From Bdellovibrionota bacterium (GTDB taxonomy: Bacteria; Bdellovibrionota_C; UBA2361; JAFLCA01), in contig JAYRHW010000158.1 of assembly GCA_041907145.1 (NCBI GenBank), positions 9,399 through 73,398 of the forward strand: a stretch of 64,000 nucleotides of DNA. Direction: 5' to 3'. Every line of letters starts with the position of its first letter. The stretch's first letter is position 1. A model generated the notes under the pieces. The model was not told where the DNA came from. It made no database searches and worked only from the letters and a program-made list of their open reading frames with translations. The position numbers and the translations under genes are program-made. This document shows, piece by piece, positions 39,154-47,832 of the stretch.

Positions 39154-39855
39154 CTATCGATTCTCAATCACGATTTCGACGCGGCGATTTCTCTGCCGCC
39201 CGGAATCGGTTTTGTTGGAGGCAATTGGGCGCGACTCTCCGTAACCCCGAGTACTGATGCGAGCGCGCGGAGTGCCGTCTGCTATAAGCTCGCTCGCAAC
39301 GGAGCGAGCACGAGCTTCAGAAAGCTTCTGATTGTATTCAATCGTACCGATGGAATCGGTATGTCCCTCAATCGAAATATGCCGGTTCGGCACATTATGA
39401 ATGGCGTTCGCTACATCGCGAGCGACGGATCGAGCTGCCGGGGTAAGTGCAGAGCTATCGAATTCAAAGAGCACATCCGGCAGATTGACGACTACGCCGC
39501 GTTCCGTGGAATACACATCAGCTCCGCGCTGGCGAAGTTCCTCGATCAGGCGGCGATTTTCTTCAAGCTGACGATCTTGATTGGCTATGCGCTGATCATT
39601 TTGATTCAACGCCTCGCCCTGACGATCAAGCTCGTTGCCGACAAGCCCGCCGGACAGAGCTCCTACCGCGGATCCGATGGCGATACCGGCGCCGGTGCTG
39701 CCGACTTGATTACCGATAATAGCACCCAGTCCCGCGCCAAGCGCCGCGCCGCCAAGCGCCCCCGTCTCCCGAGCACCGAACTGCTGCCCCTCGCAAGCGA
39801 CTAAGGTTAATGCAATACACAGCAAGCTCGTGCGAAATAGAGATGGACGTACCAT
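39154..39855 (-). CDS. glycine-zipper / coiled-coil / OmpA-C-like lipoprotein (YiaD-like architecture)
   Basis: Lipobox LTLVAC. Glycine zipper GALGGAALGAGLGAIIGNQVGSTGAGIAIGSAVGALSGGLVG. Coiled coil QNDQRIANQDRQLEENRRLIEEL. OmpA_C motifs FEFDSSAL...IEGHTDSIG...NQKLSEARA...NRRVEIVI. Confidence 0.85.
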   Translation of the reverse strand: MVRPSLFRTSLLCIALTLVACEGQQFGARETGALGGAALGAGLGAIIGNQVGSTGAGIAIGSAVGALSGGLVGNELDRQGEALNQNDQRIANQDRQLEENRRLIEELRQRGADVYSTERGVVVNLPDVLFEFDSSALTPAARSVARDVANAIHNVPNRHISIEGHTDSIGTIEYNQKLSEARARSVASELIADGTPRARISTRGYGESRPIASNKTDSGRQRNRRVEIVIENR

Positions 39856-39869
39856 GGGGCTCCGTGGAC

Positions 39870-40856
39870 TTAGCGCAAGTTATTCAAATTGTTCTGGGCC
39901 GGAATATAGTTCGAATCCACGTTCAAAGCCTCATGGAATTCAAATTCAGCATCGGCCTTACGGTTGAGTGCCAAATATATTTCGCCCAGGCCATTATGGT
40001 ACGTCGGATTATCAGGGCACAAGCGCAGGGCCCGGCGGTAGTGAAATAGCTTGTCGGCGAGTTCATTGGATCCATTTGCCTTTCCAATTTCGCCCTCGGC
40101 CTGAATACACTCGGGTGTATTTTGTTTGGCCGCGGTGGCATTCATGCGCGCCGGAACAGCCCCTGTGCTGGCTCCCAAGGCCGCGCTCCTTGGGGCAGTG
40201 CTTGAGCCCATCTGAGCAATCGGGTTGGAGTTCTGGGGAGCGGCATTCACGATGGGAGCGGCGGTATTCGGGCGCACATCTTCGCCCTGGTTATTGAGGC
40301 TTCGCCCCTGGTACTCTGCCGAACGATCAACCAGTGTTGATTCACGCATCGGCGCACTAGGGTTTAAAGCGCTCGGGGAAGTGGTTGCCAAATTGGGACT
40401 GCTCTGCGCACCGGTGTAGCGAGAGTCCGTGATCGGGGAAGCCGAGCGCGGCTGAATGCCGCCGAAACTTGCGTGCGGCGCGTATACATTCTGTTGAACC
40501 TCTCGGTCCAGCCTCGTCCCTGGAGTCTCCTGGTTCATGCGGCGGAGCTCCTCGAGCTCAGTGCGCTGGGCAGCAATTGTGCGATCCTGCTTCTCGATAG
40601 CCTCATCCTGGGTGCGAATCGTCTTCTCTTGGGCCTCAAGTGCGTTTCCAATCGCTCCTCCCGTTGCGCCTCCCGCAAGAGCGCCGAGCACGAGTCCGCC
40701 GCCGGTTGACCCGGTCTGGCTGCCGATGATGGCACCAAGGCCAGCGCCGATAGCACCTCCGGTGGCTGCAGCCATTTCAGTGGTCTCGCCCGGCTCCGTG
40801 CAAGCCGAAAGTCCGATGCTCAACACAACAATCAACGATCCCGATATAACTCTCAT
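39870..40856 (-). CDS. glycine-zipper / coiled-coil lipoprotein with C-terminal TPR
   Basis: Start at ATG 40856 (GGGAG 7 nt upstream). Lipobox IGLSAC. Zipper GGAIGAGLGAIIGSQTGSTGGGLVLGALAGGATGGAIG. Coiled coil EKTIRTQDEAIEKQDRTIAAQRTELEEL. TPR-like end YHNGLGEIYLALNRKADAEFEFHEALNVDSNY. Confidence 0.7.
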   Translation of the reverse strand: MRVISGSLIVVLSIGLSACTEPGETTEMAAATGGAIGAGLGAIIGSQTGSTGGGLVLGALAGGATGGAIGNALEAQEKTIRTQDEAIEKQDRTIAAQRTELEELRRMNQETPGTRLDREVQQNVYAPHASFGGIQPRSASPITDSRYTGAQSSPNLATTSPSALNPSAPMRESTLVDRSAEYQGRSLNNQGEDVRPNTAAPIVNAAPQNSNPIAQMGSSTAPRSAALGASTGAVPARMNATAAKQNTPECIQAEGEIGKANGSNELADKLFHYRRALRLCPDNPTYHNGLGEIYLALNRKADAEFEFHEALNVDSNYIPAQNNLNNLR

Positions 40857-40873
40857 AGCCATGCTCCCAACGG

Positions 40874-41218
40874 TTACTTGTGTTCCTGTAATCTCTGATC
40901 CCAATATTTTTGCCGCTTGATTTGGTTGACTTCCTTGCCCTGTTCGTACATCTGCTGCTGCTGCAAACGTAGCTGTTCTTGCTGGTAGTCGATAACCTGC
41001 TGCTTGTCATTCGTCTGCGATCCGACAACCGCTCCCGTTGCCGCTCCGGCAGCCGCGCCGATAGCCGCCCCGCCAAGCGAACTGCCGTACTGATTGCCGA
41101 CGACTGCGCCGACACCGGCTCCAGTTACCCCGCCTACTACGGCCCCCTGTTCGGGAGTTGGATTGTTGCTACAAGCGTTTAGGCTGCAAACTAGTAGTAT
41201 AAGAAAAAGCTTGTTCAT
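40874..41218 (-). CDS. small glycine-zipper / coiled-coil lipoprotein
   Basis: Start at ATG 41218. Lipobox CSLNAC. Zipper GGVTGAGVGAVVGNQYGSSLGGAAIGAAAGAATGAVVG. Q-rich coiled coil QQVIDYQQEQLRLQQQQMYEQ. Confidence 0.7.
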   Translation of the reverse strand: MNKLFLILLVCSLNACSNNPTPEQGAVVGGVTGAGVGAVVGNQYGSSLGGAAIGAAAGAATGAVVGSQTNDKQQVIDYQQEQLRLQQQQMYEQGKEVNQIKRQKYWDQRLQEHK

Positions 41219-41288
41219 AGGAATTCCGCAAGACGCCAAAGATACAGCGTTTGATATAGCATAAGCTGGACTAGCCCAACACGGGGAA

Positions 41289-41759
41289 TTATTGCATTGA
41301 CGCCCGCTTATGGTGAACCGGCTTCATTAAAATCAGCAGCGCTACACCGATGAATATCGAGGAATCAGCCACGTTAAATGCTGGCCAATGGTACTCCCCC
41401 CAGTAAACGTCGATGAAATCCACCACCGCTCCGATATAGAGGCGGTCAATTATGTTACCAAAGGCACCGCCCAAAATCATAGCTAAACAAAGCTGCGCCT
41501 TTAACTCGCCATGATAATCCCGCATCAAGAAATACAGGACGGCCGACAGGGCGACCAAAGTAGTCACTGCCAGAACGATTTGGCGGGTGCCGTCCGGAAG
41601 TTGGGACAACATGCCGAAGGCCGCTCCGCGGTTGAATGTCAGCGTCAAATTAAAATAATTCGGAATAACAGGGATAATTTCGCGCGGGCGAATATTCGCA
41701 AGCACCAAATACTTGCTGACCTGATCCAGCGCGATCGACAACAAAAAGAGGAGAGTCAT
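41289..41759 (-). CDS. lspA: lipoprotein signal peptidase (signal peptidase II)
   Basis: DQVSKYL, NRGAAFG and FNVADSSI motifs. ATG 41759 has GGGAG 8 nt upstream. GTG 41819 is the longer alternative. Confidence 0.88.
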   Translation of the reverse strand: MTLLFLLSIALDQVSKYLVLANIRPREIIPVIPNYFNLTLTFNRGAAFGMLSQLPDGTRQIVLAVTTLVALSAVLYFLMRDYHGELKAQLCLAMILGGAFGNIIDRLYIGAVVDFIDVYWGEYHWPAFNVADSSIFIGVALLILMKPVHHKRASMQ

Positions 41760-41826
41760 TCCGACTGCTCCCGCCCGGCTTATGCCGAATCCGCGAACCT
41801 TGGCCACCTGCTCCACCACTCACCCC

Positions 41827-43164
41827 CTATAAGGCAGTAATCTTAACTACCGTCACCTGCCCGTCCTTGAGCACCTCAGCCAGCGTATCTTCGTCGAGAA
41901 ACTGAATAGCAACCGCTCCAACGGACTCATAGGTCCTCACCAACTCAATAGCATACGTCACGGTGTTGCTGGCAGCGACTTTATTATCTGTCAGTCGCCA
42001 AATCTGCACCTTTCCGTCTCGGCCGGAGGTCGCCACTCGACTCCCCGCTGGTGAGATCGCCAATCCGTACATCAGTCCCTTGTGCGCAGGAGTCGAGGTT
42101 CGCATGCTAAAACCCCTCACCGACCACCATTCGAGAGTACCATCCTGTCCGCCAACAAGCAGCGCTTCGCCATCAGAGCTGATGGCCAGATGTTCGATGC
42201 TGGAAGTTGCCCTGCGCGACGCCCGTATGCGCGTGTCTTGCGTACTAAAGGCCCGCGCACCAAATAGATTCTTATCGTACTCCCCGCCGAAACGATCGTC
42301 TTGGTCGTAGGGCAGCCAGGCATTGAGCGCTCCACTCCAGTCGCCTGTGAAGAAAACTCTGCCAAGCGGATGAAAGAGCGCGCTGCTGACTACATTGCTG
42401 TGTCCGAAGTAGCGTTCAAGGGACTTTTCTGACTGCGGCTCCGCAAATTTCCAACGATAGACTTCGCCGTCAACGCCGCCTATCAACAAAGCGGCGTGCT
42501 TGGGCTGAAACTGCAGGGAGGCCGCCCTAGTCTTAAGCCGATCCAACGTGACCCGCACCTCGCCGCTAAGAGCCGAGATCACCTCCACTGAGGACGGACC
42601 AGCAATCGCTAGGAGCCGATGTTCGGGATCTAGGGCGACGGTTTCCAAGGGACGGTGAAGGCTGAAAAGCGTGCGGGCCCTGGCACGGCGAGGCTCCCAA
42701 AGAACTGCCTGCCCCAGCTTATCCACGGAGAGGAGGAGGCCCCGCGACTGATCGGCCACGAAAAAGCCAATCATTTCAGAGCCCTGATTAACGGGAGAAG
42801 TCTCGAATCCCCGAGTGGGCCAGGGGCTCTCAGCAAAAACAGTGTTCTCGCTGCCGTCTAGACTTATTTCTCCATTAATGTCAGACTCTTGCCCTGCTGA
42901 GGTCAGCGAACGGGCCGAGTTTTCCGGGCCCTGAGGGTTAGAGCGAGCGACAGAAGCTCCTCCTTCCGTGCTGACCAAAGAAGGCTTTGCCTCTAAGGCT
43001 TGCTGAGAATGGCTCTGTCTCCCGATACCTTTCGGGACACACGAAGGAAGCGCCAGCAAAAACAAGAGTAGCAACCCAACACGTACTATCACCGGAAAGA
43101 GTGCTCCTGGTCGCAACGAAAGCGCATGAGTATTAGTTCCTGATGACGAGTATGGCAGAAGCAT
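41827..43164 (-). CDS. WD40-repeat beta-propeller lipoprotein
   Basis: Lipobox-like LALPSC after a hydrophobic helix. S/Q/E-rich linker. GH...WD-type repeats (YFGHSNVVSSALFHPLGRVFFTGDWSGALNAW, GGQDGTLEWW, SGRDGKVQIW). Confidence 0.75.
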   Translation of the reverse strand: MLLPYSSSGTNTHALSLRPGALFPVIVRVGLLLLFLLALPSCVPKGIGRQSHSQQALEAKPSLVSTEGGASVARSNPQGPENSARSLTSAGQESDINGEISLDGSENTVFAESPWPTRGFETSPVNQGSEMIGFFVADQSRGLLLSVDKLGQAVLWEPRRARARTLFSLHRPLETVALDPEHRLLAIAGPSSVEVISALSGEVRVTLDRLKTRAASLQFQPKHAALLIGGVDGEVYRWKFAEPQSEKSLERYFGHSNVVSSALFHPLGRVFFTGDWSGALNAWLPYDQDDRFGGEYDKNLFGARAFSTQDTRIRASRRATSSIEHLAISSDGEALLVGGQDGTLEWWSVRGFSMRTSTPAHKGLMYGLAISPAGSRVATSGRDGKVQIWRLTDNKVAASNTVTYAIELVRTYESVGAVAIQFLDEDTLAEVLKDGQVTVVKITAL

Positions 43165-43202
43165 AATTCACGGTCAGTTTTAATTCTCTTTGAGAGACCA
43201 AA

Positions 43203-44627
43203 ATGCAAGACGACACTAATACAACTCAGAACAGCGAACAAATCGAGGGCGCAGCGGCTGATAGAACCCCTGCTACTCATGTGTACTACGAAATCTCCAA
43301 TGATCTGCTCTCAAAGCCGACCGCGCTCTGTGACATCATCGAGGCCGAAGGCAGCCCTTCCACCGTCGTCTTCTGCAACGCTCCGTCAGATGCTGACCTG
43401 GTTGAGGTCATGCTTAAAAAGCGCGGCGTTACTGCCAAGAAGCTGATTGGGCATGTTCCCCCAGCCAAAGTTGTCGATGCCGTCAAGCAATCGCAGCGCG
43501 GAGAGCTGTCCGTACTAGTCGTGACCGACATTTCAGCTCGCAACATCGAAGTTGAAGACGTTGATTTGATAGTGAACTACTCGATTCCCGCTGACCCAGA
43601 GGGTTATATCCACCGTTTGGGACGCTCCGGTCGAGGCGGTAAGCGTCACACTATCATCAGCTTGGTTAGCCCGCTTGATATTGGAAATTTCCATTACATC
43701 AAGAAGTTCGTGGAAACTCCCTTCCAGAAAGCTGAGCTCCCGACCAAGGACACCATGGCCAACATCAAGTTCAAGAACTTGGCACAAGTGGCCGAGCGGC
43801 AGGCGCTGCAAAACGATCCTGCATTGCTTGAGCTCGTGAAGCAGGTCCTTAAGGCGGACAGCAAAGAGTCTCTGATTGCCATGCTTCTGCATAATACCTT
43901 GAATGTCATCCCGACGCTCCGTGCGAGCACTGAACGTGAACAACATCCAGGCGGCGGACGGCAGGATGATGAAGGCGGCGAAGAGCGCCAAGGTCGTGAC
44001 CGCGGTGATGACCGCGGCGGACGCGGACGCGATCGCAACCGACGGGGACGTGACCGTGATGATCGCGGCGATCGCCGAGATCGCGGAGATCGCGACCACC
44101 GCGGCGGACGCGGACGTGATCGCTATCAGGATGATGAATTCCAGGGCCAGCCCTCTGGCGGAGACGAAGGCTATCAGGGCCAGGGCGATGACCAGGGCGG
44201 AGATTATGAAGAGCGCGGCGAGCGTCAAGGCCGTGGTCGTAGAGACCGCGGTGAGCGTCAGCCCTACGTTCCACCGCAGCGCGATGTTCGGATTTACATC
44301 GGCTCAGGATCTCGTCATGGACTCTCGGAGCAGAAATTCCGTGAGTTGGTAACCCAAAACTGCGCTGGTGCCGAGGAGAAGATCAAACGCTTTAGCGCCC
44401 GTGATTGCTACTCATTCGTGGATATTGCCGAAGAAGCAGCTGATGAAGTAGTTAACAAGCTCGATAACACCGATGTCGGCGGGACCCCGCTCTTGATGAA
44501 AAAGGCTATCAGCATCAATGTCCCGCGCGAGAACGATAAGCAAGACGATCTTGATGGACAGCCTGCAAACAACGGCTCTCAGGATGAGAATGGAGGCCAG
44601 GACGAGATGGCCGGAGAGAACTTCTAG
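43203..44627 (+). CDS. DEAD-box helicase paralogue lacking the RecA1 domain (RecA2 + RG/RD repeat + DbpA-type RNA-binding domain)
   Basis: Aligns from its N-terminus to the second half of the 25638..27149 helicase (STVVFCNAPSDADLVEVML / STVIFCNTKSDTELVEVFL; VVTDISARNIEV / IATDIAARGLDI; HRLGRSGRGG / HRTGRTGRAG). No Q, Walker A or DEAD motif. C-terminal VRIYIGSGSRHGL...FVDIAEE resembles the DbpA/DeaD RBD. Confidence 0.75.
   Translation: MQDDTNTTQNSEQIEGAAADRTPATHVYYEISNDLLSKPTALCDIIEAEGSPSTVVFCNAPSDADLVEVMLKKRGVTAKKLIGHVPPAKVVDAVKQSQRGELSVLVVTDISARNIEVEDVDLIVNYSIPADPEGYIHRLGRSGRGGKRHTIISLVSPLDIGNFHYIKKFVETPFQKAELPTKDTMANIKFKNLAQVAERQALQNDPALLELVKQVLKADSKESLIAMLLHNTLNVIPTLRASTEREQHPGGGRQDDEGGEERQGRDRGDDRGGRGRDRNRRGRDRDDRGDRRDRGDRDHRGGRGRDRYQDDEFQGQPSGGDEGYQGQGDDQGGDYEERGERQGRGRRDRGERQPYVPPQRDVRIYIGSGSRHGLSEQKFRELVTQNCAGAEEKIKRFSARDCYSFVDIAEEAADEVVNKLDNTDVGGTPLLMKKAISINVPRENDKQDDLDGQPANNGSQDENGGQDEMAGENF
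43944..44261 (+). repeat. imperfect GAY-CGN/GGN codon repeat encoding an RG/RD/GD low-complexity linker
   Basis: RDRGDDRGGRGRDRNRRGRDRDDRGDRRDRGDRDHRGGRGRDR... All other frames on both strands are also open here, giving four shadow ORFs in the track. Confidence 0.7.
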
Positions 44628-44648
44628 TTCGATTCCCATTCTTTAAGG

Positions 44649-44688
44649 AAAACGCCGGGCAGATTCAAAACCTGCCCGGCGTTTTTTT
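44649..44688. terminator. bidirectional rho-independent terminator between the helicase paralogue and mltD
   Basis: Perfect 10-bp stem cgccgggcag / ctgcccggcg (44653-62 / 44672-81), 9-nt loop, seven T downstream, AAAA upstream. Confidence 0.75.
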
Positions 44689-46243
44689 ATGGAATAACGA
44701 GGCTGTCGCCTTCCCGAAGGTTGGCATTCTTGAGCGCGTTGGCGGCCTTAAGCTGTGCGGGACTCTTGCTGAACTTTTTGGCAATCGACCACAAAGAATC
44801 ACCCTTTTGCACTCTGTAGGACTGCTTCTTTGGAGCCGGCGGGGCTGGCGGCCGAGCAGGCTCTCGAGTCTCAACCTCCTGCTCAATTTTGAGGCTTTGT
44901 CCAACGGAAACCTTGTTGGAACTGAGATTGTTGAGCTGTTTAAGCGCTGCAACTGTCACGCGATGACGCTGTGCTATGCTCGCCAGTGTATCGCCCTTGC
45001 GTACCCGATAGACTATGCCGCCGTGCACCGCACTTGAGGCTTCCACGGATGGCGGAACCTCATGTTCAGCCTGTAGCGCCGCTCTATTCAGTTGTCCAGT
45101 CCTATCAGTCGGGACTTTGAGACTGTACCCAACTGGAAGGGGTACGCGTCCCGACCAAGCCTTTTCGGAAATGGCGTAGTTTACCGCACGCAGCGCTTCT
45201 AAATCCACATTCAGCTTACGGCTCAGGTACTGTACTTGCGTCGGCTTGGTCACCCGCACTTCCTTGAGCTGAAGCGGCTGCTCCAACACTAGTCCAGGGA
45301 AGAATTGCTGGTAGTTATCGTAAACTTCGAGTGCAGCCAAAAATTCCGGATAAAAGTTCGTCGAAGCAAAGCCGAAGTATCGCGTAGTAGGATCTTCGAT
45401 GATATCAGCTAAATTAGATGTCCCCGACTCTCGCACCTTGCGAGCCACGCCGGCGATTCCGTGATTATAGGAGGTTATTGCGAGCGGCCAGGTGCCGAGT
45501 TTGCTGTAGGCCTCACTCAAATATCGCGCAGCAGCCTTCGTAGCCTCGACAGGATCACGGCGCTCGTCGACTGCCGCATTAATTCTAAGATAGAGCAGCC
45601 CGGTCCGACGCATGAATTGCCAAATTCCAGCCGCACCCACCGAACTGTAGGCCTTATAATCGAATGAAGACTCGATAAACGGCATCATCGTCAATTCAGT
45701 AGGCAGGGTGTAATCTCGGAACACATCCTGCATCAGTGGCAGGTACCGCCCGGCTCGGCGCACGGCTTCGGCATAACGCTCTTTGATGCCGCTCTGGGTG
45801 CGGATCAGGTCATCCTTTATGGCGGATTTGAATTTGCCCGAACCACCGGGGATAAAGGCCATCTGATCGACGATTCGTTGCTCGAAATCATTGCGAGGCG
45901 CCGCGCCCGTCGCAAGATAGCCAAAAATTCCATACAGAGCCTTTATTTCCTGGTCCCCTCGCTTCTTCTTGAGCTTGTTGAGGTCGTCATCATTCAACCC
46001 GACAGCTTCCTGGGTCAGATCAATCACCCCAAAGCGAATTTGAGGAAAATCCCGGTGATGAATAATCATCTGGCTCTTGCCATAAGTCGTGAAGACGTCG
46101 GTCCAGAAATCTACTCGGCCTCGCAATTTCGGAGGGATGGTGAAATCAGGGTGTGTGCGGCGCTGAATTGGCCCGGCCCAGGACGGAGCAATGTTCACGG
46201 CGAACGCGCAAATCAACGACAATAGAAAGGCAGTTCGCCGCAT
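44687..46243 (-). CDS. mltD: membrane-bound lytic murein transglycosylase D-like (SLT domain + 2 LysM)
   Basis: Signal peptide. Catalytic region FIESSFDYKAYSSVGAAGIWQFM. Two C-terminal LysM repeats (YRVRKGDTLASIAQRH..., YRVQKGDSLWSIAKKF...). Confidence 0.85.
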   Translation of the reverse strand: MRRTAFLLSLICAFAVNIAPSWAGPIQRRTHPDFTIPPKLRGRVDFWTDVFTTYGKSQMIIHHRDFPQIRFGVIDLTQEAVGLNDDDLNKLKKKRGDQEIKALYGIFGYLATGAAPRNDFEQRIVDQMAFIPGGSGKFKSAIKDDLIRTQSGIKERYAEAVRRAGRYLPLMQDVFRDYTLPTELTMMPFIESSFDYKAYSSVGAAGIWQFMRRTGLLYLRINAAVDERRDPVEATKAAARYLSEAYSKLGTWPLAITSYNHGIAGVARKVRESGTSNLADIIEDPTTRYFGFASTNFYPEFLAALEVYDNYQQFFPGLVLEQPLQLKEVRVTKPTQVQYLSRKLNVDLEALRAVNYAISEKAWSGRVPLPVGYSLKVPTDRTGQLNRAALQAEHEVPPSVEASSAVHGGIVYRVRKGDTLASIAQRHRVTVAALKQLNNLSSNKVSVGQSLKIEQEVETREPARPPAPPAPKKQSYRVQKGDSLWSIAKKFSKSPAQLKAANALKNANLREGDSLVIP

Positions 46244-46260
46244 AGTCTGGATAACATCAA

Positions 46261-47634
46261 TTACAAAGACTGATACACCGCATTGACCAAGGCATCCTCG
46301 AACTCCACCGCCTTGTCCTTGGAAGCAACCCCGTTTTGTAAGATGGCAAAGGCTATTTCCCTTCCACTCTTGGCTTGTACGAGTCCAGCTAAAGAACTTA
46401 CCCCGTCCAAAGTTCCAGTTTTTCCTCGCACGACTACCCCAGGGTCGAAATGACGTTCCTTGAGAGTGCCGTTTCTTCCCGCAACCGACAAGGACTTCTG
46501 AAACTCGACGCCAAACTCCGGGCTTAAGGCAGCGCGGCGCAAAACCGCCGCGATCAAAGCAGCGCTAAGACGGTTGTTATGACTTAAGCCTGACCCATCG
46601 ACGATCTCAAAATCCCCGGATGAGAAACCCGCGGTCTGGGCCTGTGCCTCTAGTCGTTTCAGGCCGCGCTCTCGGTCAAATGCCTGATTTTCATACCCCA
46701 GAGCGTATACAATCTGCTCGGCAATAAAATTAGTGCTGAAGTGATTCATATCCTCGACAATAAGACTGAGGGGTTTTGAATAGTGGGTGAGTAAGAGCGG
46801 GGCCGTCGTCGGAGTTGAGCCGACATGAGGAACCCTGAGGATGGAGATCCCCAGGGACTGCGCCATCCGCTCGAAAACAGTGCTGAAGAAATGCACCGGA
46901 TCACGAACACTGCGGTAAATGGTCTCGCAGTCCCGATTTACTCCAATGGTGCCAGAGAGCGTGTAATCGACATGGGCAGACTTACTTTCCCTTTCATCGA
47001 TGCCAAACTGCCCGGCCCCCTTGGCAACAGTCTTGATGCTGCCGCGAACACTGACATCAGCCTCCCAGGGATCTGGAATCACGGAAGCCCCAGTTCCGAG
47101 GGCCCCCGGACATACATCCAAGCCGATACTGTTAAAACTCAGTGCCAAGGGCGAGCTGCCGGTCTCAAAGGCGCGCTGACCAACTCGTTCACGAGGGACT
47201 GAAAAGCCGGCGCTATCGATCACCACGGAATCGATGGAGCGCACTCCCTGCTTATAAACCTTACGCAGTAGTAGCCACAGTGACTCCAGGGTCAGGCTTG
47301 GATCAGCCCCGCCCTTGATGAACAGCGTCGATATCTTGCTGCCACTACGCTTGTCGTAACGAAGTTCGGTAGCAAACCTATATTCCGGCCCCAGGGTATC
47401 GAGGGCTGTCGCGCTGGTTAAAATCTTCAAAACACTGGCCGGTTTGAGGAGTTCTCTCGGAGACTCCGACGCCAGCACCTGCCCCGAGTGCAAATCCGAT
47501 ATTACAACCGAGATGGAAGCAGCTTTTTGCTTGGCCAACAGCTGCCTTAGTTCCTTGGTAAGATCGCCTGCGTCAGCTCCTGCTGGCCCTGCGAGGCCTA
47601 GAAGTAGAACAGCCACGATTACATGCGCTTTCAT
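46261..47634 (-). CDS. dacB: D-alanyl-D-alanine carboxypeptidase/endopeptidase (PBP4, S13 family)
   Basis: SxxK (PASVLKI), SxN (FSTNF), KTG (RGKTGTL). Signal peptide from ATG 47634. Confidence 0.85.
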   Translation of the reverse strand: MKAHVIVAVLLLGLAGPAGADAGDLTKELRQLLAKQKAASISVVISDLHSGQVLASESPRELLKPASVLKILTSATALDTLGPEYRFATELRYDKRSGSKISTLFIKGGADPSLTLESLWLLLRKVYKQGVRSIDSVVIDSAGFSVPRERVGQRAFETGSSPLALSFNSIGLDVCPGALGTGASVIPDPWEADVSVRGSIKTVAKGAGQFGIDERESKSAHVDYTLSGTIGVNRDCETIYRSVRDPVHFFSTVFERMAQSLGISILRVPHVGSTPTTAPLLLTHYSKPLSLIVEDMNHFSTNFIAEQIVYALGYENQAFDRERGLKRLEAQAQTAGFSSGDFEIVDGSGLSHNNRLSAALIAAVLRRAALSPEFGVEFQKSLSVAGRNGTLKERHFDPGVVVRGKTGTLDGVSSLAGLVQAKSGREIAFAILQNGVASKDKAVEFEDALVNAVYQSL

Positions 47635-47832
47635 AGAGGGAATCAGGAGAATTCGTCCGTTTGTGAGGTCTGAATATTGTATCCGCAATCCTTGGATTGG
47701 AGAACCCTTCTCGTAGTGCTCAGGGAAAATTCTAGCTTTTTTCCTTTTGCTACGAGTCTCGATTGAATACGATGGATTGCCGCTCGGAGGTTCCCGTCTA
47801 GCCCTTCAGCAGCCCAACAAGCGTTTCAGACC

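Noticed and set aside
39115-39804. 229-aa + strand ORF antisense to the OmpA-like lipoprotein gene
   Set aside because: The opposite strand encodes a protein with lipobox, glycine zipper and complete OmpA_C motifs. The antisense ORF has none.
43533-44352. Four overlapping ORFs (43533..44228 -, 43694..44038 -, 43903..44352 +, 43906..44274 -) and a repeat-like DNA texture that could be mistaken for a repeat array or CRISPR
   Set aside because: They are caused by the GAY-CGN/GGN codon repeat of the RG/RD linker, which keeps every frame open. The units are 6-9 nt, irregular, and have no spacers, so this is not a CRISPR array or a set of separate genes.
47689-47832. A cobalamin-riboswitch-like GGGAA element upstream of the YddA-type ABC gene
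   Set aside because: Only a short agggaaaa string is present. There is no B12 box (GCCACTG-like), and the gap (~140 nt) is too short for the aptamer.
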